Source: Mytilus californianus
Taxonomy: Eukaryota
DNA: 64,000 nucleotides
Assembly: GCF_021869535.1 (NCBI RefSeq)
Contig: NW_026262582.1
Location: forward strand, 71,858,001 to 71,922,000
Direction: 5' to 3'
Of this stretch, positions 59,208 through 64,000 are shown piece after piece. The position numbers and the translations under genes are program-made. The notes beneath the pieces were generated by a model. The model did not search any database, was not told the origin of the DNA, and worked only from the letters and a program-made list of their open reading frames with translations. Each line of letters begins with the position of its first letter. Positions within the stretch are counted from its first letter, which is position 1.

Positions 59208-60857
59208 TTATACATATTATGAAGGCATTTTTTTTTTAATCTGTTATAATCATATATTACATCTGAGTGGCAGAACTTTTTATAAGGGGGGGGGGGAGGG
59301 GAGGGGGCACTGAGTGACCTAAAGGGGGGGGGGGGGGGGGCTCCAGTCATGCTTCAGTTATTCCCTATATAATCAACAAAATTTTTCCCACAGAAGAGGG
59401 GGGCCTGGGCCCCCCGCCCAGGATCCGCCTATGATCATGTATATGATATCCATATATATAGTCCAAGTTGTTACATAGCATATATATAAATATTAAAGAT
59501 GTGGTATGATTGCCAGTAAGACATTCACAACTCTACACAAGTGACCAAATGACACAGAAATTAACAACTATATGTCACCGACTGTACAGCCTTAAAGAGT
59601 AAAACCCAAACTGCATAGACACTCTGTTTACCCCACCCTTTTCATATAATTTAGATTTTTAAAATTTATACTTTCCCATATTGGTTTGGGTTTGTGAAAT
59701 CCAGAAAATATTACCTTGTCCTTTCACCTTTGCTAGGAGCGCAGATTCCTTATGTATTGTTTACTTACGCCAAGTTACGACAAGACTTACGGCTTTGACA
59801 GGGCTTTTCATATTATAACTGATAAGTAATGGAAATAATTTCTGACTTTGACAAAAACCATTACCACCCTTTGAAGGTTGCTCCCTACTATTTTTCATAT
59901 AAATATCATTATCTGATTCAGTTTATAAAACATTAATGCCATTTAAATATATATTTTTTTATTTAAAAATAAAAGGAGGGCGAACGAACACATGGCGAAA
60001 ATATCATGCCATAAGGACGAACGGACTTGACATCGTTTTCAACGGTCTTGTTATGAATGTTTGTTTTGTTTGTATATAAATATATGGAAACGCTGATTGA
60101 CTACGTTTCAACATATCATTCAACATACTTAATGAATGTAGTGTGTTTGTTTAAGTGATTTGAGTGATCTACCCATTTTTTTACCAAAATAAATTATCTC
60201 AATATCTGCCTCTTGTTGCATTAGCTGTTCTGTTCACAAGACAAGTCGTCCCCATTTTTGAAGTTGAAAAGCCTTCTTCTCATCTTGGACTGCTTATTTT
60301 ATGCCATTTCCAATGTTTGAATTCAAATGTCCGTGTATGTTTGTATAGCAGGTACAACATTTCTAATGAACAATCGGGCACAGCGTCCTTGTTGTCGTCT
60401 GCGTCATAACATCTAGATCTTTCCGGCGTTTAAAAATGAAAACCGAATCCGGACTAAATTTCCCGATTACGTAACTGGGATTCCCGCTGAAGCATTTTCA
60501 TTATTTCTATATTCCGTTAACTTATTAATCAAGTCTTAATGTTTTTAGTATTGTAAATACTGCATTTTCATGACAATACAGACTGGACTCGGAAATAGGC
60601 AATCTCGATAAAAAATAAACATTTGATAATAACGTTTATATAGGTAAATTGCACCGTGCTATCTTAACGTTTTTTCCCCCCTATTATTGGGTAAACGGAA
60701 ATGTGCTAAAAATATCGGTCATAATTTTGCGAGATTTGATATAAAAATGATCTACATATCACATACATAAATATGCTATTGGGAATCTTACTGTATTCTT
60801 TTGTAAGTTCACATTTCAAATAAGTTCCAAAATGAGGGGGGGGGGGGGGGGGGGGGG

Positions 60858-61015
60858 TCGGACCTTTATCGGGACTCCGTGATCGGGTGTTTTTAAGCTC
60901 GGGATTTCGGGATTGATCCTTTCGGGATCCGGGAATTCTTTTATCGAATTTTGGGATGTCGGTATTTAAATTTCTTTAAATTCGGGACCTCGGGATTTCA
61001 TGCTTTTAAGCCCCC
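60858..61015. repeat. (TCGGGA)n-rich interspersed repeat
   Basis: About ten CGGGA-like motifs following a poly-G run. Confidence 0.55.
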
Positions 61016-62554
61016 ATCAAAATGAACTTAAAAATATTCATGTCTCTGGTACAGGTCATTCTTTCTTTAAAATTAACATAACTATAGGTACTGAAATTCA
61101 GTGAATATGTTATATTAAAATAGGTACATTTTTTGGCAAAAATTGCAAACCCCCTTCCGTGTTTATTTTGTAGATGCATTCTTGTTAACTTTATATAATT
61201 TTGAATCCATACACACCAAGACACATAACTTTAAATAAGCCCTCACGGTCCCAGATTCTGAAATGAGGACCCATGCATTCTTAGCAAAACAGTATGAGTG
61301 GGGTTCATGTATAAACATAACGATACGGCCATCATTAAAGTTCTTCCATCGTTATGATTTTAAACAATCCCTATGTTTTTAATCATGATACTTGTCAAAA
61401 GCATCAGGATACTTAGGGAGCTACCGTTTGATTTATTTTTAGGGGGGGGGGGAGGGGCTAGGATGAAAAATGAAAAATTTTGTCCTGCATTTTTTTTTAG
61501 TTGCAATCTCTGTCCTGCCTTTTTATTTTTCACACTATTTCGGTCCTGCCTTTTTTATTCGTTTATCCTGTGTCTTTTTTTTACATAAATTGTCATCCTG
61601 CCTCTTTCACTGAAAACTCCTGTCCTGCCTTTTTTCAAACTTCATCCTAGACCCCCCTACTTTGACATATATTGGTTTACTTTTACAAATTGTGACTTGG
61701 ATGGAGAGTTGTCTCATTGGCAGTCATACCACATCTTCTTATATCTATATATTGGCAAATTATAAGATCAAGAAGCATATTTCTAGGATAAGGAAAAAAG
61801 TCGAAAGTAAGGGGTACTGGAATAAGCAAGTGTAGGAACAAATGGAAAAAAAATATCTATCCTGAAAAAAATCCTCCTTTTCTACTGGCATTTCAAATGG
61901 TCGATCGTCTCCTAATGAATATAAAAAAACATAATCTTATAGCTTGAATAAAAAGAATGGTGTATGCTCCCAAATGCCGCTGACCCTTGGGGGGACACGG
62001 GGTTCAAACAACGACCCCCTAAAACCAAAAATTATAAAGTTGAGATTCAGATTGATGTTTGACTATCAAAGCCATAGCCTAATGTTAAGACAAAAAATGC
62101 CACTTTGGGTGATATTCTGGCTACATTGAGACCTTGCACCTTATTCCACGGAGTAAGCCTGAGCCTACGATCAATATTTTTTTTGAAGGGGTGACATTGT
62201 AGAAGACCAAAACATTGGCAGATTTTATGCTAAAAATGATGTATCATACGTTTCCAATCAAAGGGGGCGTATATGCCCTCTACGCCACTGTATTAAGAAT
62301 TATTTACAAAATCATACACTCATTCGATTTTAATTGAGACAAAATGAATAAAGATAAAAACAAAGAATAGCAATTATTTTTTTGGGGGTTACGGTCTCAT
62401 TAACGTATTAACCACATATCTCCTTTTATTCATATTTCTAATAAAACATGAAACTTTAGTATAACAATTGTTTCAGTTTCCGAAAGAGCGTAAAGACAAT
62501 TGGCAAATGTGCAGAAATTATGAAAGTATTTGCAATTAAAAAAAAAGTTCCCCG

Positions 62555-62698
62555 GGCGGATCTAGGGGGAAGGGGATTCAGTGGAACCCCCCCTTTTTTT
62601 AACGATCAATGCATTTGAATGGGGACATATGGTTAGAACCCACCCCTTTTTTTCCATGATTGGGCCTGAACCCCCTATTAAAAATGGCTGGATCCGCC
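62555..62698. mobile_element. Small GGCGGATC...GATCCGCC MITE
   Basis: Terminal inverted GGCGGATC/GATCCGCC; related half-elements at ~59300-59430 and ~62995. Confidence 0.55.
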
Positions 62699-64000
62699 TC
62701 TGCTAAATAATTCATAATTAAGAGGGCTCGAGGTCACATGAAACATTGTTTTGCCTTTCTGAGTCCAGTTCACTTTCATGACCATCCAGTAATTTATACA
62801 TATAAAGATACTGAACAGAAATTACTGCAAATATTAGACCGTTCAGAAGACCAGTCAACGTACCCCATCCCCCAGAAATATATTTACTAACTGCGATTAT
62901 AAACAGAATAAATTAATATAAGACCATGCAAATATCACATCCACATGTCCTTCTGATCCCTTCTGGTAAAATGAGAATAGATTTGAAAAACCAAAGGCGG
63001 ATCTAGGGGGGGTGCTTACCGTTGAAAAACAAAAATATATTCCTAATATATTTTGGAATAAAACCTTTAGCTATGATGATTTCTCCATTTCATAATGACT
63101 TATAAATATCTGATGCATTTATCTGACCACAGAGGTTTTAAAAGCATCTGTGAAAAAACAAAAACATCTTTTAAATAGTTTCTGATCAATTGTTACTTAT
63201 TATATATATATGTCTCTGATAATGTTAATAAATTTGCTGATAATTTCTGAGTGTCCTTAAATTTTTGGTAACTTGTTCCTTTTCAAATTATTATTTACTG
63301 TCAAAGAGAATATTGTGTTCGTCTTTTACTTTTCTCTGCATGTAAAATCTTATAGGTAGAGGCTATGTTTCGCTCCCCTGTACCAATTTATCCCTTTGGA
63401 AGAAAAAAAGATCCAAGTTGGGATGCTCTCTGTTATGCTTCCCACATTAAACAGTGAAACTTTTTTTGTTCTGAGTGTATAAATATTGTTAAAATGGTAA
63501 TTAAACCAGTTGCTTAATCATAAGGTCAGGATTGGGTAAGGCGGTGTTAACTTGTAGTACCTGACTATCACTATCAGACATAAAGATACATATATGTGTG
63601 TGTGTGGGGGGGGGGGGGGGGGGGGCATATATTGTATTATACATGTTATATGTGACAGGCTCTTGTAGTCTTGGTAGTACATATATTTTTAGTGTTCTGG
63701 CCATTCTTTCCCAATTAGTTTACTCCACAAATAAAGTCTCATTGCCATCTTCTAACTGCTCAATAATTTAAAAAGGGGGGGGGGGGGGGGGGGGAAGGCA
63801 ATGAGAAATAAAACAAATTTATATGAATATGAGTATGATTTGTAATCAGTTATAGAAAATATTATTTAAAATTAACTCCCATTGACTCAGCAGTTGCATC
63901 TAACCTTGGTGGAAATGATTCTTACCAAACAACAAGATCTATAATAAGATTATTTATATAATACTAGTATCACAGACCATAGATGTAATGGGTATTACAT

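Overview
AT-rich, intron-rich eukaryotic (animal) genomic DNA. The repeat complement (HINE/pearl-like elements, ~350-nt hammerhead retrozyme, Penelope-like RT fragments) and the expanded HSPA12 and ROCO gene families point to a bivalve, most likely a Mytilus mussel (inference). All recognisable host coding exons are on the minus strand. (1) An 8-exon ROCO-type gene (34916->18714) splices by hand into one open frame of 2790 nt (929 aa + stop): ROC GTPase with intact G1-G4 motifs, COR, and two C-terminal death-fold domains. It has no evident own start, because its first exon begins at a phase-0 acceptor. (2) Two HSPA12-like (atypical HSP70) modules: copy 1 has 4 exons (11130->4332); for copy 2 only its last two exons were found (41718->40288). 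Both stop just after the ATPase (NBD) domain at a phase-0 GT donor, lack the substrate-binding domain, and have a degenerate phosphate-2 motif. Copy 2's donor is phase-compatible with the first ROC exon 5.4 kb downstream, which suggests an HSP70-NBD/ROC-COR/Death-Death chimeric gene and possibly a tandem array of them. This is the main candidate for a novel system and is inferred from splice phase only. The remainder is largely nested transposon debris: Harbinger, Mutator-like and Tc1-like MITEs, HINEs, Penelope-like fragments, a tRNA-derived SINE and hammerhead-ribozyme retrozymes. Most short ORFs in the track are not genes.
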